The notes below the pieces were generated by a model. That model worked only from the letters and a program-made list of their open reading frames with translations, had not been told where the DNA came from and searched no databases. A stretch of 64,000 nucleotides of DNA from the NCBI GenBank assembly GCA_012295275.1, contig CM022667.1:12400001-12464000 (forward strand). Reading direction: 5' to 3'. The stretch is from Chrysomallon squamiferum. Lineage: Eukaryota; Animalia; Mollusca. Shown piece by piece: positions 1 through 18,099 of this stretch. Position 1 is the stretch's first letter; the number at the start of each line of letters is the position of its first letter. Position numbers and translations under genes: made by a program.

Positions 1-65
1 TTGGCAGCTTCTAAAAGAGAGAACAAATGATGTACCGTCTTGTGATATATGATATATAGTTTTAA

Positions 66-132
<67 letters not shown>

Positions 133-134
133 CA

Positions 135-184
<50 letters not shown>

Positions 185-998
185 TCTTCTTCTTCTTCTT
201 CTTCCTCTTCTTGTTACTCATTCAAGATAGCTCACATTAATTATTAAATAAAAATATTAGCTAAATAACATTCAGAATGTAACAGAAACTGAATATTCCG
301 TCGGATGCTGTTGGAAGCAACCCTTTTTCCTCCTTGATGCTTACATTTTACTATTTCAGTCATAAGAACAATTATTGTGTCCGAGACCGTGGTTATGCTT
401 ACGCGCCTATGAGAAGGTACGTATAAAAGATATCTTACTGCTGAAAGATACGAGTAACCGAACCACTATGCAAGAATAAGAATCATAGCGTAAAGTTTAT
501 AACAAAATTAAACTTATCTGACAATTAAATTTGTTTAATGACTTTTAACCATTAACAATTTATTAAAATTTTATACATTTTTTTTATAAAGAAAAAAAAA
601 AAAAAAAAGAAAAGAAAGAAAAAGAAAAACATTCGCTGTATTTATTATCAGCAAAGACTGGATAGAGTTTATTAAATTTAGATGATTGCGTTAAATTAAT
701 CATAATTAATCATGACAGTGGTAGTATTGTATTAGCAGTAATAGTAGTAGTAGTAGTAGTAGCAGTAATAGTAGCCATAGTGACGATAATAATCGCTATA
801 GTACTAGCACCAGTAGTAGTAATAGTAATAAGTAGTGGTGCTGGTAGCTTCAGCAGTACTAAATGGTTTTTAGAAAAAAGCAGTATCTGGTTACTGACTA
901 AATTATTTTTAACGTTTCAAAACAAAAACAAAATTGGTCATTTTATTAATGTTACTAATTTTATTTTATTTTTTATTGTTATTTTATTTTTAACTTAC

Positions 999-1257
999 CT
1001 CTAGTATCATTTTTCAAGAGCCGAACAGCAGTCCTCAGTTCGTACAGTTCAGTGACGTAAGTTTCCAAGGCTCCTTTCAGCTCCTGCCTGTTATGAATTT
1101 CGTGAAGGAGTTCGCGTTTTAGGGCGTTGATTTCCTTGGTGCAAGTACAGTTGAGAGAAGCGGCGGCCCAGGCGTTGTATCTTGAACCGGATCCTCCTTG
1201 AGCCTCGATCAGCGCAACCAGAAATCCAGCGAGGAGGAAGACGACAAAACTCAACAT
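999..1257 (-). CDS. First coding exon of a secreted protein (signal peptide + coiled coil); remainder lies left of the window
   Basis: GCCATG start at 1257. MLSFVVFLLAGFLVALIEA is a signal peptide, followed by the heptad-like stretch EINALKRELLHEIHNRQELKGALETYVTELYELRTAVRLL. Phase-1 donor G|GTAAGT at 999/998. Region is GC-rich relative to flanks. Family (C1q-, fibrinogen- or lectin-type) cannot be determined from this exon. Confidence 0.8.
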
Positions 1258-1707
1258 GGCGCTCAGAATGGAGGACCAGTCAGTCGCGCGAGGGCTTTTA
1301 TAGGGGAGGAAAGGCGCCGGCCGTTTCTGTGCCCAGCAGGAGTTGTGAAAACAAACAGTGGATGTCTTGTTAACAAACATATTCCAGCTGCCATCATCGG
1401 GAGTTGTCGTTCTTCGCCGTCGTCTCTTTTCTGAAACTTTGTCAACAGCGTAAGATTTTCAAATATTTGTTCTTTCAATTTCCGTTCAGTTCCTTAGTAC
1501 TACCCCCACCACCACCATCACCACCACCCACCTTTTTTTTTTTTTTTTTTTTTTTTTTTGAACGCTTGTTCTTTGAGCATGCGCAGAAACTGTTGATTTT
1601 GTTTTTTTTTTTGTCAGAGACGTTTTATTTTTGAATGTAAATAAATGTTGTTCTTTGTGTAGTTTTTTTTGTTTGTTTTTTTTTTTTTTTTTTTTTTTTG
1701 TTGTTTT

Positions 1708-1836
1708 AAAAACTACAATAATATAAAAGGTTGGAGAAAGATGTCTGAAAATGACTTTTTTAATCCCTAACAGATTTGAAAAAGATTAGGCAGGCATGAT
1801 TTTGTCGTTTAAGAAAAAGGGGAGGGGAAAAAAGAG
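1708..1836. repeat. Dispersed ~130-bp repeat; further copies at ~4125-4250 and partial ~4300-4355
   Basis: Shared sequence aatataaaaggttggag..gatgtctgaaaatgactt..taatccct..gatttgaaaaagat..catgattttgtcgtttaa. Also 4061-4170 and 4246-4355 form a local tandem duplication. Confidence 0.75.
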
Positions 1837-2290
1837 AAGGAATGACAGAAAGATTTAGGATGAAGGAAATGCCGAGAAAAAAAAAGACATTAAAACAAAG
1901 AAAAAATATGACGTACGTGAACAGAAAGGAAACGATACATATAAAAATAAGGGTAAAAGACCATTATTAGGACAGAGTGAAAGAAAAAATATATGTTAAT
2001 ACACAATGACAGAAAGGTAGAAGATGAAGAGAAAAACGAAACATAAATTAAGAAACAGATAAAGAAATTCTAAAACTGAATCCAACCGAATGACAAACAA
2101 AAAGATAATGTTTTCTTCCTTTTCAAAACAAAATAATGAGATAAAAGAGAAATTAATATATTCTATTATTATTTATAATTCCCCCGGCTCTTAATGTACT
2201 GTTCCCAGTTTGTCGGCACCCTATGTACACATCGAGTACCAGTTCAATTCAGTAAATTTTTTCACGGTGGAGAAAGAACAACAATTTAGA

Positions 2291-2472
2291 AAAATGGCAT
2301 CGTCTTATTGCTATAAATGCGAGGCTTGAAGATAACGCCCAAACCGGAAGACATTCCGCGGTTTTCAGCTTCCTGTTTCGAAATGAACTGACTTCTGTTG
2401 TTTTGTGTAATGTTATCAATTTAACAAACGTGTGACAATATTTGTTTAAACTATTGTCTGAACGAGCTTCAG
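2291..2472 (+). promoter_or_regulatory. Candidate promoter and non-coding first exon
   Basis: YY1-like AAAATGGC (2291), ETS motifs CCGGAAG (2344) and CTTCCTGT (2369), local CpG enrichment, and donor CAG|GTAATA at 2472. Lies between two divergent genes. Confidence 0.4.
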
Positions 2473-2916
2473 GTAATAAGAAATAATATTCTTCATCTGC
2501 GTCTTTCGTTATTGTTATTATTATTATTCGTCAGTTTTGTACTCGTCTGGGTTGCGATCATTTATATGCAAAAAGGTATCGCCACTCTTATTAGTATTCC
2601 TTAATGTGTGCCTGTGATGCATTTTTTTAAATTTCTTTGATTTTGAGGCAACCTACCATTACTTATAATAAAGTAAGAGAATAAAATAATACCGTCATAA
2701 AATACTTGAATCACGCCATTTTAGTCCTTTAAAATTGGTGCAGTGACGCCATTGTGTGTGTGTGTGTGTGTGTCTGTCTGTATTTGTGTGTGTGTGGCGG
2801 ACCGATGTTGTATTTTTATGCCAAAAATAGAAGAATGTTTAGAGCAAAAGAATCTATACTCTTAAACTGTTCTCTTTAGTTGTTATTTTCATTGTAAACT
2901 ACGATAAGGTGGCAAA

Positions 2917-2951
<35 letters not shown>

Positions 2952-3443
2952 GAACAATAAATAAAATAAAATAAAATAAAATAAAAAATAAAAAAAACTG
3001 GAAGTATGAAGGACATATTTAGTCTATTTCTTAGAATCAGCTAATATTAACTTTTTCATTCTGTTGTTTTTTTATGTAGTTTTTTTGTTTGTTGTTGTTT
3101 TGGTGGGATTTAATTTTTGTATAACCACACGAATATATAGGGTTTATGCGCATACACACGTTCACTCAGCCGATAATTATAGTTGCATATACACACTCAC
3201 AGAAACACACACACAGTGATAACCGTAAGTAAAATGCATGACACACAAGTACGTTCAGTAAATTTTCTTCTAAAAATCCCATAAAATTTGGCGCAGAATA
3301 AAACTGCAAGCTTATATGCATTCAAACGGAAAATGGTTTTGTCGGCAAAAAATACAAGCTTCAAGTCGATTGATAAATGCGAGCTTTGGACCGGTTACGA
3401 TAAACATGTTCACATCAAAGAACGTGAACAACAGCAACAACTT

Positions 3444-3452
3444 TCACGTGAC
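3444..3452. promoter_or_regulatory. CLEAR/E-box element TCACGTGAC
   Basis: 9/10 match to GTCACGTGAC (TFEB/MITF site), 3 nt upstream of the ATG of a lysosomal-sorting receptor-like gene. Confidence 0.45.
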
Positions 3453-3455
3453 GTT

Positions 3456-9472
<6,017 letters not shown>

Positions 9473-9580
9473 ATTTCATACTTCTTTTCTTTAAAACAGA
9501 GTACTTATATTTTTATACATCGTTTGTGCACATAGGATAAAAATTATTGTTTGTAAATATTTTAACATTTGTGTGAATTT

Positions 9581-11168
9581 TTATACATCTGCATTTTAGA
9601 ACTGGGTATCAGAGCCTTTTTTTAACATTTATGTCTACTTGAATTTGTTTGTTTTTATATTTATATAGATCTGTTAAAACCTGTTTTTAAATCTATTCAG
9701 ATCTGTTTAAACCTGTTTTTAAATCTGTTTAGATCTGTTTAAACCTGTTTTTAAATCTATTTAGATCTGTTTAAACCTGTTTTTAAAATAAATGTGGATC
9801 TGTTACAGCTGTTTTTAAGATACACTTAATTTAAATCTATATAGCTATTGTTTTTTTGTTAGTTTGTTTATTTATTTTTTATTTTTAAAATGTAGTTGAC
9901 CTATTACAGCTGTTATTAATATATATGCTGTTTAAAAAAATCCATCTCTAATTAAGATTTTAGTAATTGTTATTTGTTTGTTTGTTTTCCGTTTATTTAC
10001 TGAAAACAAACATACTAGAACAAAATTATATATCTGTCATTTTCATTTTAACTCTCAGGAAACTATGCACATTATAGAATAAAAATAATTTAGCATCTTC
10101 TAAAGGAAATACTGATTTATAATTTGTAAATAAATAAAAAAATAAATTCATCATCACAACAGTGTTGTATAAAACATTTTTATCATCTTGAGGATGTTGA
10201 GTAAAACATTTTTGTCATTTGCAGCTTTATTATTCAGTATTTTATTTTATGTTTCATTCAGAACAAAGACTGTATAAATACTCCCATATGTATGTGTATG
10301 TAGAAAGGATCAGAATGACAGTGAAACAAAATAATGGTTTTACTGTTGTTTCATGGCAAACATTCAGTATTTTCTTTATTGCTTTGTTATTATTATTATT
10401 ATTATTTTATTCAGTTTATACTGAAAAAGTTTTCCAAGATGAATCTACATTGTCATATATATTATTACGTTACTATAAATAAAAAAATGTAATCATAAAT
10501 GTTTGTATATATTTCTTAGATGATGTATTAAGTTACAACGTCATCTATCAGGTTTGTGTGTGTTCATGAGTGTACACCTGTATATATATGTATATATGTA
10601 TAATTTATAAACCAGAGACATTAGCACTGGCAGATACAGAAAATATTTCAGAGGACTGATCCTAACAGATCCTATCATCTAATTTATTCATTCACCTGAA
10701 TTAATAAATAAATAAATTAATTAATTAATTAATAATAATAAGAAGAAGAAGAACTTTTATACATCTGGATTTTAGAACTGGTATCAGAGCCTTTTTTTAA
10801 CATTTATGTCTACTTGAATTTGTTTGTTTTTATATTTATAGAGATCTGTTAAAACCTGTTTTTAAATCTGTTTAGATCTGTTTAAACCTGTTTTTAAAAT
10901 AAATGTGGATCTGTTACAGCTGTTTTTAAGATACACTTAATTTAGATCTATATAGCTATTGTTTTTTTTTTTTGTTTGTTTATTTATTTTTTTTTTTTTT
11001 TTTTAAATCTAGTTGACCTATTACAGCTGTTATTAATATTTATACTGTTTAAAAAAATCCATCTCTAATTAAGATTTTAGTAATTGTTATTTGTTTGTTT
11101 GTTTTCTGTTTATTTACTGAAAACAAACATACTAGAAAAAAATTATATATCTGTCATTTTCATTTTAA
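9581..11168. repeat. Direct duplication 9581-10051 / 10757-11168 in the 3' region of the MPR-like gene, with an internal 32-bp tandem unit
   Basis: Near-identical ~410-470 bp copies. The internal unit agatctgtttaaacctgtttttaaatct.ttt has more copies in the first than in the second. Confidence 0.9.
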
Positions 11169-11202
11169 TAAATAAATGAATTAATTAATTAATTAATAAA
11201 AA

Positions 11203-11253
<51 letters not shown>

Positions 11254-12405
11254 TTGATAAAATATGGGAGATAACTCATCATAGTCTAAATGAATGTATG
11301 TCTTAACTGCAGGAGTGTTCAATACATGAAGAAATTTGTGAGGAGTGTTCAATACATGAAGAAATTTGTGTTATGAATGACTATTTTTGTTATAAATATG
11401 TTAAAGAGACGTCTTGAGACTTCATTCCAAGAATTTTTCTTAACAGTAACAGTAAGTGATCTTTTATATAGACCTGCTCACAGACAGAAAAACAGCCAGA
11501 CATATAATGATAAATATTTCTAAGTCAGTCAGATTTGAATGAATATTTTAAATATATTTTAAGGTGGTTAATGTCAGATATAGCATTTCTGCTAGAAAGG
11601 AAACTCTCCATTTTACTGATATATTTAAATACTTTAATATTTATTTGCCTGTGATATTTTATAAAGTCTGTAATAAACTGTGACAGTAAAAGGTCCATAA
11701 AGATGCATGATATTAACATTGTTGGCAGTATTAAATAGACATAAAATTCAAAAATTTATTCAGTAAGGATTCTCTCACAAATACCACAGTAAAGGGGAAA
11801 AAATATCTCTTCCACACATTCCTACAAACTTTATTTTATCGTCATTCTTTATTATTTATAAATATACATTTTGTTTTTCCTTTTCTTATACACCATAGAT
11901 ATACTTTAAATAATTACATAATTTTGATGTAGCAAAAGAGACATTAAATGAAAAGTATAAATTATTTTTAGCAATATTTATTTTAATAAATAAATGAAAC
12001 AAGTAAATTTTTTTTTTTAAATGTACATTTATGTAATTTGTTTAAATTGGCCGTTTGCCTTACAGAAATAGTTTAATAGTGACATCTATCTGTCGCAGTA
12101 GTTATTAAACAATAAGGGGAGATAACTGTTACATCTTTATTTGTATCAATATCACAGATTAGAAGACGACAAAAAGAAAAAATCACGATGCATCTACATT
12201 GTTTATCAGTAAAAAAAATATATTTAATAAAAAAAATTCTGTCAATTTCAGTTTTGTTGTTTATAAACGGTCAAGTGAAAACGAAAGAAGATTCAGATCG
12301 TTAAGTTCATTTGTATTATAAAGAGATTCTGAATATAAAACAAATTCTTTCGACTGAATATCAGTTGTTTATTTTTATTTTTTTATTTATTTATTTGTTT
12401 TATTT

Positions 12406-12464
<59 letters not shown>

Positions 12465-12817
12465 TATTATTTTTTTTTTTCTGGAGGGGTCGTTGGGTGG
12501 GTGATTTTGGGGAAGAAGGGTGTTACTGATACGCTTTGCTGTGTTTATTTTAGGATCACATTCCCTTACATCACTTTTCTACAATGTCATTCTTTAGTCT
12601 GTTATTTATTTATTTATTTATTTATTTATATTTTCTCAGAACGAACTGGTAGATTTGTACAATGATCAGAGTATACGAGGTCATCTTAAAAACGTGGAAG
12701 ACACTAAAAGAATCGACGACATTTTATAAATGCATTATCATAAATCCCGATTTGCTTTCTGAACTATACGTGTACATCGATGGAAAAACTACTGATCTTG
12801 ATCTTTCTGTATTTTAA

Positions 12818-12853
<36 letters not shown>

Positions 12854-13127
12854 TCTAAAGGTGAGTTGAAGTATTTTATCGTTTAATTAAGCGAGTAATT
12901 AAGTTAATAAAAATGTCTATTACATTTTAAGTATCGATTCAAAGGTGTTTGTATCGAGAATTGTATCTTGGACAAAAATAGCGTGGCATTCAGGGGCATA
13001 TACTCTGGATGTCCTGTTGAGCGGAGCTATGTTCATATATATATATATAATATAATATATATAAAATGGATCGTAACGGGAAAATATGTCCCCTACTATA
13101 AGACATCATTGCATATCCCACAGGTAG

Positions 13128-13318
13128 TTATATCATGATGTGACATTGGACAAATGATCCGGACAAGGAGTCACAAAAACTTTTTGGACACTCTGGATGC
13201 CTGTCTGTGATTGTGCTAAGGAAGTAGACGTCGTTGTTATGCGGGTGAGAGTGGCGCACGGCGACGCACGGAAAATATGCACAGACGAACTGACAAGATG
13301 TCGTCACAGCTGTATACC
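13128..13318 (-). CDS. Candidate terminal exon of a small cysteine-rich protein (upstream exon not found)
   Basis: Acceptor ttcttcactttaactttcatgaag|GG (phase 1), then a 62-codon open frame YTAVTTSCQFVCAYFPCVAVRHSHPHNNDVYFLSTITDRHPECPKSFCDSLSGSFVQCHIMI* with 6 Cys. GC-rich island within simple-repeat DNA. Confidence 0.4.
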
Positions 13319-13856
13319 CTTCATGAAAGTTAAAGTGAAGAATTAATTATAACAATAGTAGTAGTAGTACTAGTAATAGTAACAGTAGTAGTAGCAGTAG
13401 TAGTAGTCGTTGTTGTTGTTGTTGTAACAGCAGTAGTAGCTGTAGTGAGAGATGTTAGAAGCAGCTGCAGTAGTAGCAGTTGTTGTTTTTATTGCAGTAA
13501 AAACAGCAGATGCGACGGAAGTAGCTTTAATAACGGTAGTACTAACAGTAGTGGTAGTAATTTATGATTTTTTTTAAACTACTTTTTCTCGTTATTATTT
13601 ATTTTTTTATGTATTGGTCTTGTTATTATTTCTTAAAGTTATGATACATTTCAGTTACTTCTTTCTTTTTTTTTTTTTTTTTTTTTTTAATTTTAATTTT
13701 AATTTTCATTTTTATTGTGCTACTATGCTGTTTACCAATGGAGAAATATGTAAACCGATAGGTTGTTAGTTCGTATCTTTATGACGGATGATTACTCCAG
13801 ATTACTGCCAATCCTTTCTTCTTTCTTTCTTTCCTTTTTTTTTTTTTTTATTTATT

Positions 13857-13895
<39 letters not shown>

Positions 13896-14366
13896 CTTGA
13901 ACTAAAGGAAGTACATTCTTGAATCTTGATTTCTATGTCCTGATATTAAAAAAAAATTAAAAATACGTCACGTACTAACTATCTCAAACATAAAATGTTA
14001 TCGTTCATTTTCCTCTAAAGAATGCCAGTTATGTGACCTAATAGCCGAATTATGATTAAAAGTGAAGCAGTTTTCTCCCCTTGATTATAGTTTCATTCAT
14101 TAAAGTAAGTTTGGGGTCAGTGAAAAAGGATCATCGCTGTTAAACTTATTACACATGCGCAGTACACAACAGAAAGTACTTATTATGATGATTTACGGCC
14201 AGTAGATTCCTAGCTCGAATCCTTGTACTGGTTCAGTTAACTCTTATAATGTTTACTTATTTTAATATATGCAAAATAATAATTTATTTTTGTACTTATC
14301 ACATAAAGATCAGTGATGATGTATAAAACTATTGCTTATCTGGGACTGAGGGAATTGAGGGACTAG

Positions 14367-14450
<84 letters not shown>

Positions 14451-14759
14451 CAAGTATCATATTTAATCTGAAATAGAAACGGACAAAAAGAAATAAACAT
14501 AAAAATTGTAAATGTATATAATTATAAAGTAAGAGAGAAATGTGAGAGCTTTTGTATTTATTTATAAGAATGTAAGAGAGAATGCGTGCGTGTCTTTCAG
14601 ACAGAAAATTTTTACTGTGTGTTTGTAAGATGAAAGATTTTCAGGTTAGGAACAACAGGAATAAAGAAAGAAAGAAAGAAAGAAAGAGAAAATCTGTATT
14701 TTTGCCTTTTCTATGATACAGAGGAAGATCAGAGAAATTAAAATTAAAAAAAAAAAAAA

Positions 14760-14805
<46 letters not shown>

Positions 14806-16505
14806 TAATCAATTAATCAATAACGGCTGTATGAGAATGAAAATGAGAGACGATAATAGCAATACACATTTCCGAAACCTGATACCAGTTAAATATCAGT
14901 TTGTTATTTTGTTCCTATTTTGCTCTGAAATCTCTCTAGCACTGTGAATACTGATATAACCAGACACGCATATATTCATACACACTCATACACGCACACA
15001 CGTATATATATATACGATATACACACATTTAAATGATGATGATTACAATAATGATAATTACGATGATGATGATTATGGTAATGAGAACGACAACGACGAT
15101 GATGACGACAAAAAAAAAAAAAAAAAAAAAAATACTTGGCTTCATATAATATTCTCGTACGTGACAGCCCTTTCAAGTTTGATTTATAATAATAACATTT
15201 TCGATCTGAAAGTAAAACACGCTTTGTTTGGTCCTTTTCATTTACTAATGGTGATAATTAACGAGATAGTGTGCCAGAAAAACAAAAAACAAAAAAAAAC
15301 AACACCTCCCCCCAGTTATGAGCTTTATATTACCATCAAACTATATTTCCTCTTATTATTTATTAATTATTTGTTGTTGTTGTTGTTGTTGTTGTTATGT
15401 ATGTCTAATATAATAATATTAATACATATTGTAAAGGAAAGTAACCAACACCCCCAAGGCAACAATGACGTCGATGATAAAATAAAATAAAAATTAATTT
15501 GTTTTCAGTACTCTATTATTTTGTCTTTCTGAATATCTATATACGTCTGTCTGTCTGTCTCTTTATCTATATTTCTTTCTTTCTATCCGTCTGACTGCCT
15601 GCCTGTCTGTCTATCTCTGTCTATCCATCCCTCCATCTATATTTTATCTCTGACTTAACCGTCTTTAGAAAAATTTTATAGTTCAGCTTGTGTACGTTTA
15701 TTGTTTGTACTGTCTGTACGTATTGATATAAAGGAGTTTGTACGTACCGCTGTTTATCAGTTTTATCACCTAATTAATTTGCTGGTGTTTCTTATGTTTT
15801 GTCACAATGGATTAAAATTACGGTAATTTATGATGTATGTCACATAGTTTTGCTGTTAAATTATCCTGTTTATAACAATGGATTATAATTAGATCCGTCA
15901 ACAGGTCACACTGCCTGTGGTTTCGGAAAGCTAACTCGTTTACCTACTAACCTACTTTTACTTTCATTATCGCTATTTTTAACATTCAGGTTTGATACAA
16001 CAAACTGGTCGATTTGTTCAATATATTTCAAAATAATAAAGCAGCAGTTTTTTGGAAGGGTGTTTTTTTGTTTGTTTGTTTGTTTGTTTTTGTTTTTGAT
16101 TTATAAATACCCGGAGATTTACAGCAATTGATCGCTATTCAGAATTATGAATACTGCAATGAATAAATAAATAAATATATTTCAGCAAAAAATATTATAA
16201 ATAAGAAGAACAAAGAAAGAAGATATAAAGAAACTCCATCATATAATTGTCAAGATGAAATGAATTTCTTATGATTCTTTTTTAATTATTTTGAAAGTTT
16301 AAAATGAATGAGTAAGGATGATTTTGATGATAATGTAGACAACTGTGACGACAATAACAACAGTAGTTTATGATGATGATGATGATGTAATCGTAAATTA
16401 ATAAAGTGGTTTAAATAAGTAAAATAAATAAATAAATAAGATTATAATTATAAGTAATTAAAACAAAGGGAAAAGAAAGAAACAAAAACTATAAAATAAT
16501 AAAAA

Positions 16506-16550
<45 letters not shown>

Positions 16551-16739
16551 AATAAACAAACTGGTTACGCTGAAATGACAGTTGACAACGCACCGTGGTA
16601 TAACTGTTTTTCACAAAATGAATTCCAGTTATCAGGAAAACAAAGAATAATTTATTTTTATCTTCTCCTTCAGCAAGGAAAGATAATAAAGTTTCAAATA
16701 ATGGCTCGTGCTGGTCGCGTGCCCTTTGTCTGTGGTTTC

Positions 16740-16797
<58 letters not shown>

Positions 16798-17020
16798 TTA
16801 AACAGGATAAAAATAGGTACATAATAACAGTGCTTCATGCATGCACGTTTCGCACATTTAAAACACAAAATAACCAACGATATCGCACGTATGTTTATAT
16901 AGCCTACATGCATGCACAAACAAGTACATAATATATAATGTTGTGACAAGGTTATTAATACATTTTACATTATAATTATTACAAATACACAAATGTTTCA
17001 TTTTAGTCATTTAGATTGGA

Positions 17021-17072
<52 letters not shown>

Positions 17073-17230
17073 GTTCCATCTATATATATTAAAACAAAAA
17101 CACAAAACGAGTCACGTAACCAAGTTTTCATTTGTCGCTAATTTTAGACACAAAACCAAAACAATAACAAAGAAAGGCAATATATGTCAAGGTCATTTCA
17201 TTATATCGATTCAGGTCCTTTTTCATCAAT

Positions 17231-17261
<31 letters not shown>

Positions 17262-18025
17262 TTATTGTTGTTTCAAGAAAGAAAAACAATTAAACATCAC
17301 TTTTTGGAAGTAGTTACAATAATTTTTGAAACGACAGGCTAAGCAGAAATTTATGTATGTATTTTTGGTATCGGATTAAGAGTTAATTATATTAATATAT
17401 CGATATTTATTTATAATTTGTTGTGTCTTGCACAAAGACAATTTGCGGCACTTCTCATTTTCATATCTGATGTCACCCGGTTACTCAGTTGTAGGTCATG
17501 GAGCCTTGCGAAAGAGCTGCCTTTGTTCTCAATTATAACATTTCCGTTTAAACCGTGTAATAATGCTTCGAAGTTATTTCAGTTTATTTTGTTAATATCA
17601 ATTCAACCGGAGAAATATGTATCAGCAAATTAAAGGATGGAAAATATTTTAGTTGAGGTTGCTTTCTTTGTTGTTGCACCCATTTGTGTTATTCTATTTT
17701 AGGATGACTCTGGCGATTCAAATTGGAATAAAATGGAACACGTTCTTTGTTTCGCTAACAGCGATCTCATCGAACGCCGATTCATTTCCTTCTCGAAAAC
17801 CTTAGTAAAGTCAAACTTATAAAAAGTTATTTAAAAATTAAGACGTTTTGCAGGAAGACAGACAAACGAGATTATCGTTTTACTACGTTTTACAACCAAA
17901 TTACTCCATCCATTCAGAAAACTAAACATCGGTACAACATTATGTGTGACATGACTCATCGGTGAATTCCGTATTACAAATATTCGATAATTTCCGTAAA
18001 GGATTGAAAAACAAATGTTGATGAA

Positions 18026-18099
18026 CCAATCGGTGGTGAGACGACCTCAGGAAACGGCCAATCAGACATCGGAAAATACACCTCGTGGTCTTTTTCAAC
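18026..18099 (+). promoter_or_regulatory. PPP4R1 proximal promoter with tandem CCAAT boxes
   Basis: CCAATC at 18026 and 18058 (32-bp spacing typical of NF-Y pairs), and YY1-like AACATGGCGG overlapping the ATG. Confidence 0.6.

Noticed and set aside
49-240. Poly-Y, poly-I, poly-L, (SL)n and (ER)n ORFs throughout the track
   Set aside because: These are translations of microsatellites.
11649-11656. miR-2 8mer downstream of the MPR-like gene
   Set aside because: Lies 2.2 kb past the stop, beyond several AATAAA signals; a single site is compatible with chance.
12639-12729. Exon-like segment cag|NELVDLYNDQSIRGHLKNVEDTKRIDDIL*
   Set aside because: Plausible acceptor, but short with no partner exon or recognisable homology.
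17703-17822. Open frame after ttttag (DDSGDSNWNKMEHVLCFANSDLIERRF...)
   Set aside because: No start exon or family match; lies in promoter-proximal DNA.
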